The notes under the pieces were generated by a model. It had not been told where the DNA came from and searched no databases. It was given only the letters and a program-made list of their open reading frames with translations. 64,000 nucleotides of DNA from Octopus sinensis (taxonomy: Eukaryota), in NCBI RefSeq assembly GCF_006345805.1, contig NC_043004.1:11966001-12030000 (forward strand). Direction: 5' to 3'. Shown piece after piece: positions 12,569 through 24,250 of the stretch. The number at the start of each line of letters is the position of its first letter. Position 1 is the stretch's first letter. The position numbers were made by a program, and so were the translations under genes.

Positions 12569-12782
12569 TATATGTATGTGTGTGTATATGTTTGTGTGTC
12601 TGTGTTTGTCATCCTGACATCGCTTGACAACCAATGCTGGTACCTTTACATCCCCATAACTTACAGACCAGTAGAATAAGTACTAGGTTTACAAAGAATA
12701 AGTCCTGGGGTCGATTTGCTCAACTAAAGGTGGTGCTCCACCATGGCCATAATCAAATGACTGAAGCAAATAAAAGAATAAA
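12374..12782 (+). mobile_element. SINE family A
   Basis: Family match with an expanded internal (TA)n. Confidence 0.85.
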
Positions 12783-13149
12783 AAAATATATCTAGAAGAA
12801 TAGGAATTCAAAGAATCAAAGAAACCTCACATTAATCTATTCACTGAGTGCGTGGCTATGCAAGAATGACTGAATGACTGTGGTTGAGGTTTAGGTAAAC
12901 CTTTACATTCTTCTGAAAATCCAAGAGTTACAATGGTGGAGAGAAGGTATATGAATAGAACAGATAAGAGAAATGTTAAAAATACATAGATATTACAGTT
13001 CTATATTTATGAGGAACTATGTACATTATTTACATTTGATGGATATTTGTCCTCATCTTGTTATACCCTACAGCCTTCATCAGGTGTCTTAGGGAAATTT
13101 CGAACCTGGGTTCTCATTCCTAAGGTATTTTTCAATGTTATTGTTGTCA

Positions 13150-13190
<41 letters not shown>

Positions 13191-13420
13191 GAGTGAGAGA
13201 GCAGTTCATGCCATCAAAGTGACACTGGGGTAAAATATACGAAGCCCAATATACCCATCATGACTACCCGTCTGATAAGGGTACACCAGGCACATGCATC
13301 ACAACCATATGTGCGCGACATGGTGATCTCATATCAAGATAAACAGCACATGACCTTGCAGGTGGGGCCCAGTTAGAATTTTCTTCAGGTTGAGTAGCCC
13401 ATCCCGCTCAAAAGGTCCCA
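13191..13420 (-). mobile_element. 3' end of a (TAA)n-tailed retroelement nested in an (ATT)n tract
   Basis: Matches the first 230 bp of 45900-46441. ATT repeats on both sides. Confidence 0.8.
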
Positions 13421-13596
13421 TTATTATTGTTATTATTACTGAGGTCACCGCCTGGAATCAAACTCGGAATCTTGGGGTTAGTAGCACCAAGATTCCGAGT
13501 TTGATTCCAGGCAGTGACCTCAATAATAATAATAATAATAATAACAACATGGAAAAATACCTTAAGAATGAGAACCCAGGTTCGAAATTTCCCCAA

Positions 13597-13634
13597 GGCA
13601 CCTGAAGAGGGTATGTCAACCGAAACGTTGTGTT
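13597..13634 (+). ncRNA. Minimal type I hammerhead ribozyme motif (stem II damaged)
   Basis: Stem I ggcac/gtgtt, CTGAAGA at 13602-13608, GAAA at 13622-13625, palindromic stem III aacgtt, GUU triplet. Confidence 0.65.
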
Positions 13635-13694
13635 AACAACAAACAAATGAGAACAAATATCTGTCAAATGTAAATAATGTAAATAATAGATATA

Positions 13695-13922
13695 TCTATT
13701 TCTTTATTACCCACAAGGGGCTAAACACTGAGGGGACAAACAAGGACAGACATAGGTATTAAGTCGATTACATCGACCCCAGTGCGTAACTGGTACTTAA
13801 TTTATCGACCCCGAAAGGATGAAAGGCAAAGTCGACCTCGACGGAATTTGAACTCACAACGTAACGGCAGACGAAATACCGCTATGCATTTCGTCTGGCG
13901 TGCTAACGTTTCTGCCAGCTCA
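13695..13922 (-). mobile_element. tRNA-derived SINE family C (Nin-domain-like middle)
   Basis: gagctggcagaaacgttagc...gagttcaaattcc...gtcgactttgcctttcatcctttcggggtcgataaattaagtaccag...aataaagaaata. Other copies at 18587, 21110, 32560, 41760, 45053 and 55730. Confidence 0.8.
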
Positions 13923-14394
13923 CCACATCGTGACTTCTCCCAGCTTTTTGAGTGCCTTAATGTACCATTTGTAGTTCACTGTACAACATAATTCCAGAAA
14001 ATCATGGAGAATGATATCCTTGTCACTCACCAATTAAAAACAGTCACCATAACTTTCTGTGCTTATGGCTGGCTCTTGAACTATTTAGGTCTAAGAGGAG
14101 AGTCATGATGCTAAACCTTAGTCATAGCCTTTATTTCTGGATCAAAAAATTCCATTCCTTTTTCGTCATTCCTGTTTCATCACTGTTTCATCACTCCTGT
14201 TTCATCACTGTTACCAGAATGGGAAGAAAAAGAAAAAAAACACATCTTCATCGGCCTCAAAATGCTTCCAGTAGATCAGAACTGACTTCCATCATTCTCA
14301 CCTTCACACTGGGTGTCAGCTGTTGATTTACCTATTTTGCATATCCTTTCTGACTCTCAGAGTCTTCTAGTATCCATTGTAAAGCATTGTGACT

Positions 14395-14710
14395 TACTGG
14401 CACTCCGTTGGTTGCAACTGTAAAGGTTCCAGTTGATCCGATCAACGGAACAGACTACCTGTGAAATTAACATGCAAGTGGCTGAGCGTTCCACAGACAC
14501 ACAAACCCTTACCATAGTTCTTAGGGAGATTCAGTATAACACGGAATGTGATAAGGCTGGCTCTTTGAATTACAGGTACAACTCACTTCTGCCACCTGAG
14601 TGGACTGGAGCAACATGAAATAAAGTGTCTTGCTCAAGGACATGATCTACTGCCAAGAATTGAACTCACGACGTTATGATTGAGAACCAAATGCCCTAAC
14701 CACTAAGCCT
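14395..14710 (-). mobile_element. SINE family D head with the 3' module of the 1366 family
   Basis: Same structure as the plus-strand copy at 38485-38790. Confidence 0.75.
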
Positions 14711-14910
14711 TCACCAAAGCATTCTGACTACAGCACATATGTGCAGCAAGCTCGCAGATTGTGACCCAACTGTCCATGCAAATCATTTTGTCCACTCACT
14801 GGTGATTTGTATGAGTGGTTGTAATTGATGGTTTCCCCCCATTCATCTTCAACACTCTTTCCTCCTCTTCAAACGTCCTGCAGTGCCATCTCTGTCGACA
14901 GCCCTTTTAA

Positions 14911-15149
14911 TCTTTTACTCTTTTACTTGTTTCAATCATTTGACTGTGGTCATGCTGGAGCACCGCCTTTTACTCGAGCAAATCGACCCCAGGACTTATT
15001 CTTTGTAAAGCCTAGTACTTAATCTATTGGTCTCTTTCACCAAACCGCTAAGTTACGGGGACACAAACATACCAGCATCCGTTGTCAAGCGATGTTGGAG
15101 GGGGGGTTGCAAACACAGACACACTAACATATACACACACACACACACT

Positions 15150-15182
<33 letters not shown>

Positions 15183-15368
15183 ACACACACACACACACAT
15201 ATATATACAAATATACGATGGGCTTCTTTCAGTTTCTGTCTATCAAAATCCACTCACAAGGCTTTGGTCGGCCCGATGCTATAGTAGAAGACACTTGCTC
15301 AAGGTGACTGAACCCGGAACCATGTGGTTGGGAAGCAAGCTACTTACCACACATCCACTCCTACGCCT
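14911..15368 (-). mobile_element. SINE family A
   Basis: Reverse-complement family match with expanded (CA)n. Confidence 0.88.
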
Positions 15369-17599
15369 ATGTAAGTGTAATCTGTAAGCTTTTATTGATG
15401 TCTGACAGCCTGTACCCCACCTTCATTTAGAACTCCAGTGATGTCATGTTGCTTCTGCGTAGAACCATCGTTATACATCAGGTGTTGCACAATGAAGAGT
15501 TACCAACAGAGGATGAGTGGTTACTCTCCAAGTTTGTGCAATGTGAACCAAACTGTCAGTTAACAAAGTAATTATCCTTACTTTTGCATTACTTTCAAAC
15601 CATGTGTGTGTTTGTGTGTGGTTGAGTGTGTGTATATGTATTTTGTGTATACTTACATATATATTTATGTATGTGTGTGTATAGCTTTTCATAATATACA
15701 TCAGTGAAGGATATTAAAATCATTGACAACTTAACCTGTCCCACCTCCACTTCCTTCACATACCCTCCCATAAAAAAAAAGAAACCTAAAAAAAAAACCA
15801 TGCTTTAGGAATGATAACTTTTGATATGTTTGTTCAGCATCAAGTTACAGACACATGCTTGTCACTGTCAGAAATACAGTGAGTGATTGGTCTGTTGGAA
15901 ACCACTGGATGGTGTTTACATTTAGAATGTAAATATAGAAGCATTAAAAAATATGTAAATAAGTTTTTATTAACAATGTATCTCAAAAGCAAATTCAGCT
16001 ATAAATAGTTATTTGTAAGACATTGCTAGATGAATGCTTCTAATTTGGATGGTTGAAAATCAGAAGGTTACTCCGGTGTAATTGGTGCCATGTTTTATAT
16101 AGGTTTCTAAATAGGCGCAATGAGCCCCACCAGATTAAGCATTAAGCAAAATAAGCATGTGCTTAGGGAGTCATGGGAAGCAGAGCGCCACAGAAATGGT
16201 AAATGATTTACAGCTTGAAGACAAAATCGCTTTAAACTTACTAAAATGATAAACAGCATTCCGTGTTTCTACTAAGAATAGGAGCAGATGCGTTGTGTAA
16301 CATGAATTTTGAGGATCTGATCAAGATTTGGGAATCTAAAAAAGAGCTGCAGGAAACCCTTCAAATAAAGATGAAGTGAAAGTATACATTTTATTGTTAG
16401 CTTGGATTCATTTTGAAAAATGAGAATGTATTTTATGGTTTATTATTGTTTAAATTTTGAATTACATATATATGGGGCTACCAAGATCTTTTAATTGTAA
16501 GTACCTTATGGTCTTAATCTGGCCCCAATGCCAAGTAGTACTGAAAGCCTTCAGCCTTGTTTTATGTCCATTAGGTTTTTAATTTACCATATAATAAACT
16601 TTTATTTATAACTAGTTTCATTTCAAGAAATATCTCCTAATATAATAATGTGCGTAGTGTTTTTATATATTTGTGTGTATGTGTGTATATATGTATATAT
16701 ATATGTATATAAGCACACACACACACATATATATATATATACATATAAATATATATTTGGCCAAAATCACGGAGCAGGAGAAAGAGTAGTTTAAGTGAAG
16801 GGAGAGGAGAGAAAATAGTAATTCAGTGAAGGAGAAGTAGTGAGAGTAATAACCATGACTGAGAGGGAGTGAGAGAAAGGAAGTGGCAAAGAGAGCGTTG
16901 TGTATCTTCTGCTATATGTTGTGTTTTTCTCCGTCACAACATATGAATGAGAAAGGAAAGAGTGATAGATGAATAAGGAAGGAAGGGATGAAAAAAATCA
17001 GTGTTTCAACTCTGTGTGAGTTTATGTTTTTGTATGTAAAAGGGAGGTGTGTGTGTGTGTGTGTGTGTGTGGTACATGCAATGGGACTGGGATGGTGAAC
17101 ATTCAACACTGCAAAGAAGAATCAAACAGCGTTTCAACTCTGCGTGAGTATATGTGTGTATGTGTGTGCGTGTACAAGGGAAGTATGTAAATGTATGTGT
17201 GAGCTAGTGTTCTTTCAGTAATGAACGATATCGATCTCACATCTCAAAAGACAACCACTAGATAACATTGAGTAGTGTATAAATTTGAATTACCATCTAT
17301 ATTGTATCTGTTGTGTTACAAATAATTATTACAATCACACACATCTATACAAACATAAGCATATACAAACTCGTTAGAGAAAATTATTATTGCCTGAGTG
17401 TATCTAGAATATAAAACAACTGCAGTTGAAAAGTATATTGTAAATACACATTTAACAGTTCATACATGTGCCTAGTTTATTTATATTAAGAAATTTATGT
17501 AATAAATTTTGAATAGGGAGTTTTTACATCATCAACTACAAGTCACGGAATGCTTTTTGTGGCTTTTAAGTCGTATGAATTTAGGTTGGTTTCAGTAAT

Positions 17600-18035
17600 G
17601 GAGAGTGCAACTCAAAGGAAACGTTGCTTCGAAAAAGTTGATATTTACTTGCCTGGTCCTGTATTTAGTCACGGCCAGCTTTATTTGGCCTTAACCCTTT
17701 CGTTACCAATCTGGCTGAAACCGGCTCTGGATCTGAGTATAAATGTCTTGTTTTCATAAGTTTTGAATTAAAATCTTCCATCAAACCTTAGTCACAATTT
17801 ATGTTCCTAACACTAGCTTAATGATAACCAAGTTATTTTACTAAATTCTTTGTTATATTTAAAGTAATTGAAAGAAACACAGAGCATCCCAAAATAAATA
17901 CAGTAACAAAAGGGTTAAGTTGTAAAAGAAGGAAGGAAAACTTACAAATTCTTTTGAAGGAAGCGAGCAGTCAAGGGATGTTGATTGCGGGTAAATTTTT
18001 CACAAAAGAATTTGGTAATAAATGCAATTATTAAA
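17600..18035 (+). pseudogene. Helitron RepHel (PIF1-family helicase) C-terminal relic, split by a MITE
   Basis: FEKVDIYLPGPVFSHGQLYLAL matches the PIF1/Helitron motif FSHGQLYVALSR. Removing the MITE and one TTAA restores ...ALSCKRRKENLQILLK...FTK. Confidence 0.8.
17695..17914. mobile_element. TTAA-specific (piggyBac-like) MITE
   Basis: TIRs ccctttcgttac / gtaacaaaaggg. TTAA TSD at 17691-17694 and 17915-17918. A relative lies at 50368. Confidence 0.85.
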
Positions 18036-18130
18036 CTAAAAACTTGGTTTTGTATCTTATTTATATATAAAATACAACAATTAGCTGTCATTTTTAATGG
18101 CACACAGTCAGCTAATTTTAAAGAAAGATT

Positions 18131-18545
18131 CTCTCTTTACTCTTTTACTCTTTTACTTGTTTCAGTCATTTGACTGCGGCCATGCTGGAGCACCGCCTTT
18201 AATCGAGCAACTTGACCCCGGGACTTATTCTTTTGTAAGCCCAGTACTTATTCTATCGGTCTCTCTTGCCGAACCGCTAAGTAACGGGGGACATAAACAC
18301 ACCAGCATCGGTTGTCAAGCAATGCTAGGGGGACAAACACACTCACACAAACACACACACGTATATATATATACATATATACGACGGACTTCTTTCAGTT
18401 TCCGTCTACCAAATCCACTCACAAGGCTTTGGTCGGCCCGAGGCTATAGTAGAAGACACTTGCCCAAAGTGCCATGCAGTGGGACTGAACCCGGAACCAT
18501 GTGGTTGGTAAACAAGCTACTTACCACACAGCTACTCCTGCGCCT
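18131..18545 (-). mobile_element. SINE family A, young copy
   Basis: Near-identical to 40888-41291, CpGs retained. Confidence 0.9.
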
Positions 18546-21440
18546 ATTCTGTTAACTAATAATGGTATATTATTAGTTAATTGAGGCTGTAAGCTGGCTG
18601 CATTATTAGCACGTGGGGCAAAATTCTTAGTGGCATTTTATCTGTCTTTACATTCGGAGTTCAAATTCTGCCGAGGTAGACTCATCCTTTGGGGTTGATA
18701 AAATTAGCACCAGTTGAGCACTGGACTTGATCTAATTCACTAGCTCCCACCCTCAAAACTACCAACCTTGTGTCAGGATCCAATAATGGTGCATGCTGTT
18801 CACCAATTTTAATATGAGATGTATAACAAAAAAATTAAAAAAATAGGGAATAATGGAGACATTGTCATTTAATGTCCACTTTTCATGCTTGTATGGCTCA
18901 GACTGAAATTTGTTGAGGCAGATCTTTTACAGTTGGGTGCTCTCCCTGTTGTCAACCATAATATGTTTCCAGCTAAAGCAATTATTTCATCATGGCCAGA
19001 CATGTTTTCTATGGAAGACTGGAAACAAACAACCTCACTTGTATGATGAAGATGCTCGTTTATGGCCATCATGTGCTGTCAAGACAAGGGTACACACACA
19101 AGTACATGCACACAATGGGCTCCTTTCAGTTTCTGTCTATCAAATCCATTGAGAAGGCTATTGTGAAAGGCGCTTGGCTAAGGGATTGAACCTATGTCCA
19201 CATGGTTAGGAAGCAAACTTCTTAACTACATAGCCACACAGCCATCTTTCTCTCCCTCTCTATCACTCCTCTTTCCCTTTCCTTTTCTCTCCTTCACGCC
19301 CTCTCTTCTCTTCCTCTCTCTCTCCCTATCTTTCTCTTCCTCTCTCTCTCTTTCCCTCTTCCTCTTTATCTCCCTTTCTTCCCCCTCTCTCCACACACAC
19401 ACACTCACACACATATATATAATCTTCCCTCACACAATGGACTTCTTTCCCTTTTTGTCTGCCTAATCCACTCACTAGGCTTTTGGTTGGCCTGGGGCTA
19501 TAACTGTAAAATAAAATGAAAAAAAGGAAATTTTTAAATCACAATTGATTCTGTGATTACTCACCCAACTCATACAAAGATTGAAAACAAAAATATATCG
19601 TAAACAGTTTAAAAATACGAAGCAATAAAAACAAAAACCAAAATAAAACCAAAAAAAAACCCCCAAAACAGACCAGCATTTTCTAATAACAAGTTTACAT
19701 GTTCAATTTAAACTCCAAACCTTAAGTGCACTTCAATGAAATCTTTCTTATTAAGCTACTTTCTCACTGCACTTAAATCTTTGTTATTTTATCCCTAAGG
19801 AACCAGCTAACATTTCAGCCGATTATATTTAATTCATTCTTTATTGTCTTAATGTCAAAACTGCTTTTTAATCTTGATTTTTTTTTTTTACCCCCTAGTG
19901 AATGGTGGTGCCAAGGTGTTGTTGAATTTGGAAATATTCCAAATTAGGGGACATTATGATTTTTTTTCTTGTTTTATTCTATTTTATTTTTTTCTTCTTT
20001 CAATGAAAAATGATTGACAGTCACAATAAGTTGAAAGTTCAGTTGTACTTTTAAAAATTATAGAGGACCATTTTAGGGTCAGGTAATGATGAACTATTGA
20101 CAGATGAATCTTGATGCAGTCCAGTCCAAGAGATGTGTGTTTATTTGCATGCATGCGTGTGTGTGTGTGTGTAAATATTAAAGTGTCTACAAATCTGATT
20201 GACTCACTTGATAAAAAAGAAAGAAATGACATTTTAGAATTAATTAACCAGGTGGGGAATTACCCCAGAATTTCTTAGAGTTTACTTACTGATCTGAATA
20301 ACTTGGGAAATGCCAAGAGACTAACTCAGCATTTTCTAACCTTTTCTCTCCTGAGAAATCTTCATATTCTACATCTTTAGGAAACCCTATGTAAAAACTA
20401 TTATATATTAATATTTTAACTTCATAATGTTAAATTTTGTTAGAGATTAAATAGAGGATAAAACTGTCTTAGAAAATGTTTGGTATGGCAGTACTAGATC
20501 CATTTAATGCCACAAAGAAGCAGACATTTTGATCATTTCAAATATCTTAACCTGTATAAAGTCTGTTTTCACTGCAGTTTGCCATGGAGAAAAATTCTTG
20601 CTTTAGGCAAAAGGTACAAAACACAAAGTCATTTCAGAACATCTCCTATGAATAAATATGTCCCAAACATACTTGAAATGATTGTAAAGTTTATTTCACA
20701 ACATTACTTCATATGCCACAAAGAAGATTTAAGAATTTTCATCTCGACCAAATCGTTTTTCAATTCTCATGATTTCCTTACCTTAGGGAATAACTTGTGT
20801 GTCATCCTCATCATTATTAACCCTTTAAGGCCAGGTATAAATAGCAAATATTTTCATGCGGGACGCAAAAAAAAAAAAGGTATAAAACAGAAGACGATAA
20901 TCAATCAAATAGCTTACCATAAAAATATGGCTTATGTACCTGTCTTCAGAATTTAGCAGTGGGTCAATAAGCTACACCTGATCTTAAAGGGAAGCCATCC
21001 ACTTTTCTATGCTTGCATGGCTTAGTTGGTATTCGTTGAAACAAAAATGTTCTGTGGTTCAATGCCCTTCCTGTTGCCAACATTTATCTGTTTCCAAATT
21101 TGGTAATACTGGTTTCAAATTTTGGCGCAAGGCCAGTAATTTTGGGGAATGGGCGTCAGTCAATTACATTGACCTCTAGAGTTCAAACTGGTATTTATTT
21201 TATCAGCCCTGAAAGGATGAAAAGCAAAGCTGACCTTGGTGGAATTTGAACTCAGAACATAAAGATGGATGAAATGCTACTAAGCTTTTTGCCTGACATG
21301 GTAATGGTTCCACCAGCTCATCACTTTGCTTGGAAACTGGTGTCATGTTTACACAGAAATTTGGAAATCAAGGACGTTATTTTATGTCAGTAATGCTTAT
21401 TTATAACGAGGACACAAAAACAAGGACATGTGTACACACA

Positions 21441-21877
21441 TTTTATTTTTTTTATTTTTATATCTAGTTTCAGCTCATGAGCTGTGGCCATGCTGGTGCA
21501 CTGCCATTTGGTGTTGCTACATAATTTTACTTCATGAATGCTTTTTTAGGAATCGACATTTGGTGCACGAGGGAGTTTGATGCTGCTGCCCTCATCTGCA
21601 CCTCCTGCCACGAAGTCGGTTCATCTGGGACACTTGACAGGAAGAGGTCCAGCTTTATTTTGAAGACGCCTACATCCACCCCATGAAGGTCTCTCAGGTC
21701 CTTCGGGAGGATATTGAAGAGCTGTGGACCTCTGAAGCCCAGGCTATCGCAGTATCTTGTCCTACATCTTGATGGCAAATTTGGAGTCCTTGGCACTATG
21801 CAGTGGTGCCCAGTTCTAGTATTTGTGTAATTCTCGATGCCAAAATTTGGGACAAGTCCTTCCAGGATCTTCCAGAT
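21441..21877 (-). mobile_element. 5'-truncated LINE (CR1/L2 group): ORF2 C-terminus, 3' UTR and A-rich tail
   Basis: Open frame IWKILEGLVPNFGIENY...SLGFRGPQLFNILPKDLRDLHGVDVGVFKIKLDLFLSSVPDEP...RAAASNSL...* with the stop at 21527, followed by a stem-loop tail. Confidence 0.88.
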
Positions 21878-22433
21878 TGACCTTCATTGTACACTACTGA
21901 CCCACCCACATTATCCAAAGATTTCCACTACAATACAGTAACATAACGTCACTGTACAGCATTTATTTATCTGTCTGACTGCCTCGCAGCCAAATGTCCG
22001 CGACTGGACTGTACTGTACTGAAATATAATATCAGTGTACAGTAGTGTTGTAATAAAAAGACTTCATCAAATATGTATTCCATCAATAATTAGCTTTAAT
22101 AATTAGCTCTAATAATTAGCTAGTATCATTGATTGAGAAATCAATAGATTTATGATGTTCACTATTTTACTCTTTTACTGAATAAAAAAAATAAATGAAA
22201 TATATGATAAAATAAAAAGGATAGAGGGTGAAAGAAAGAGAGAGGGTGATTAGTGTTGGGAGAAAGAGATGATGTGGAGAGGAAGGAGAAACAATGATGT
22301 AAGTGTAAGAGAGATGTAGAGAGAGAGAGAGAGAGCAGCTAAAAACTGAGAAAGACAGGAAGAGAAAATAGAAGATATACATATATATGTGTATGCATGT
22401 AGGTATATAAGTGAATGTGCGCCTATGTGTGGG

Positions 22434-22484
<51 letters not shown>

Positions 22485-23061
22485 CATATCTCTATGTATA
22501 CACACACAAACAAATACACACATACACATGCATGTATGTTATTGTAAATTAGACAATTGGTGCTCAATATATGTTGTAGAGAATGTCATTGTGATTGAAA
22601 CTGAAACTGTGACATTGTGTTATGTCTGAGTTTCATGCTACTGTGATCTTCAGGCAGGGACTATTACAAGTTGGTGTTGCAGTTGTATCTAGATCTTTTT
22701 GTGTTTGTGTGTGTTCAGTGTTTATCTTTCCATGTTTATTGTTTTTCAGGCCATTCAGTGGTTGTTTATGTAATTTTTGTGATATGATGTGGTGTTTGTA
22801 TTTCATGCAACTGTCTTAGGAGGGATTTGGTATCAATTGAAGTCTCATTAGTGATGGGACTCTCTTTCTATATATATGTTTGTACATATATGTGTGTATA
22901 TGTATATGTTTACATATATGTGTGTATATGTATAAGTTTACATATTTATGTATATATGTATACATACTGAGACATTTACGCATGTGTGTGCATATGTAGG
23001 TATATTTCTCTCTCTCTCTCTCTCTCTCTGTATATATGTATATACATACATACACACACAA

Positions 23062-23096
<35 letters not shown>

Positions 23097-23844
23097 GATA
23101 GATAGGTAGATGTATACATGCTTATATGCATATATATATACACACACACACACATATAAACATATATGCTTGATGATATGTGCATATATATGGGCATGAA
23201 CGTGTGTATTCATCGATACACATGTTCACACAAACATATATGCATAAATATTAATGCATATGTTCATACATGTGTACATAAAGCATATGTGTCTATATAT
23301 GTATATGTATGTCTGTATATATGTGTATACAGAGAGAGAGGGAGAGAAACATATTAAATGCACACAATACACACACAGACACACAGACACACTTGCAAGC
23401 ACATATGACGATATACACACGTATTCACTCTTTAATGGCATGTACATATGTTTATCTGTACGTTGTCTCGAAATGTTTGTTACAGCTTTCCGTTTCATCT
23501 TCGCAGTACCTCACAATGCTATAGTCATGCACGCCATGGAACAGATGAAAGTACAGCAAAGACTTAAATCTGTTCTAAAGACAGTAATATTGCCATTAAA
23601 TAGCCATAAACTGGTTATCAAGGATGCTGTATAATACAGCAGTGTTTACAGAGGGAAATCAGCAAAAGCGATGTTGCTTAGCAACGGACATACAATATAT
23701 CATATAGTGTTCTTGGCTCGGGTTGTTATTTCATGTGTTATGGGGGAATAATAATGATGAAAACAAAAGGGAAAAAAATAATAATAAAAGAGAATGTAAA
23801 AGACAAAGCAGAAAGGACTGAACTGATAAGGGCTATTTGTAAAT

Positions 23845-23855
23845 GTATTGCATGC

Positions 23856-23887
<32 letters not shown>

Positions 23888-23909
23888 TCATGTAAATATA
23901 CATATGCGC

Positions 23910-23943
<34 letters not shown>

Positions 23944-24074
23944 ATATATATGTATGTATAGATGTATGTATGTATGTATATATATATGTATGTATGTATA
24001 TATATATGTATGTATATATATATATATATATGTATGTATATATATATATATATGTATGTATATATATATGTATG

Positions 24075-24112
<38 letters not shown>

Positions 24113-24170
24113 TGTATGTATGCATAATTGTTGTATGTATTGTATGTATGTGATGACATTCTTTGCTATA

Positions 24171-24239
<69 letters not shown>

Positions 24240-24250
24240 ATATATACACA
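23845..24250. repeat. Long (TA)n/(TATG)n compound microsatellite
   Basis: Visible directly. Similar tracts at 5560-5820, 53235-53755 and 54720-55470. Confidence 0.95.

Larger units (their letters stand above)
13009..13684. mobile_element. Fold-back (head-to-head inverted) Penelope-like non-autonomous element with tRNA-like segment and hammerhead motif
   Basis: 13021-13140 is the reverse complement of 13545-13682. Central 36-bp stem 13440-13475/13487-13522. CTGAAGA...GAAACGTT core in the right arm. Confidence 0.75.

Noticed and set aside
18097-18555. Recurrent peptides such as FDCGHAGAPP and PNPLTRLWSARGYSRRHLPKVP
   Set aside because: Translations of SINE A copies, not a protein family.
20507-20956. 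149-aa non-repetitive ORF
   Set aside because: No recognisable motif, runs through a poly(A) tract, composition typical of AT-rich non-coding DNA.
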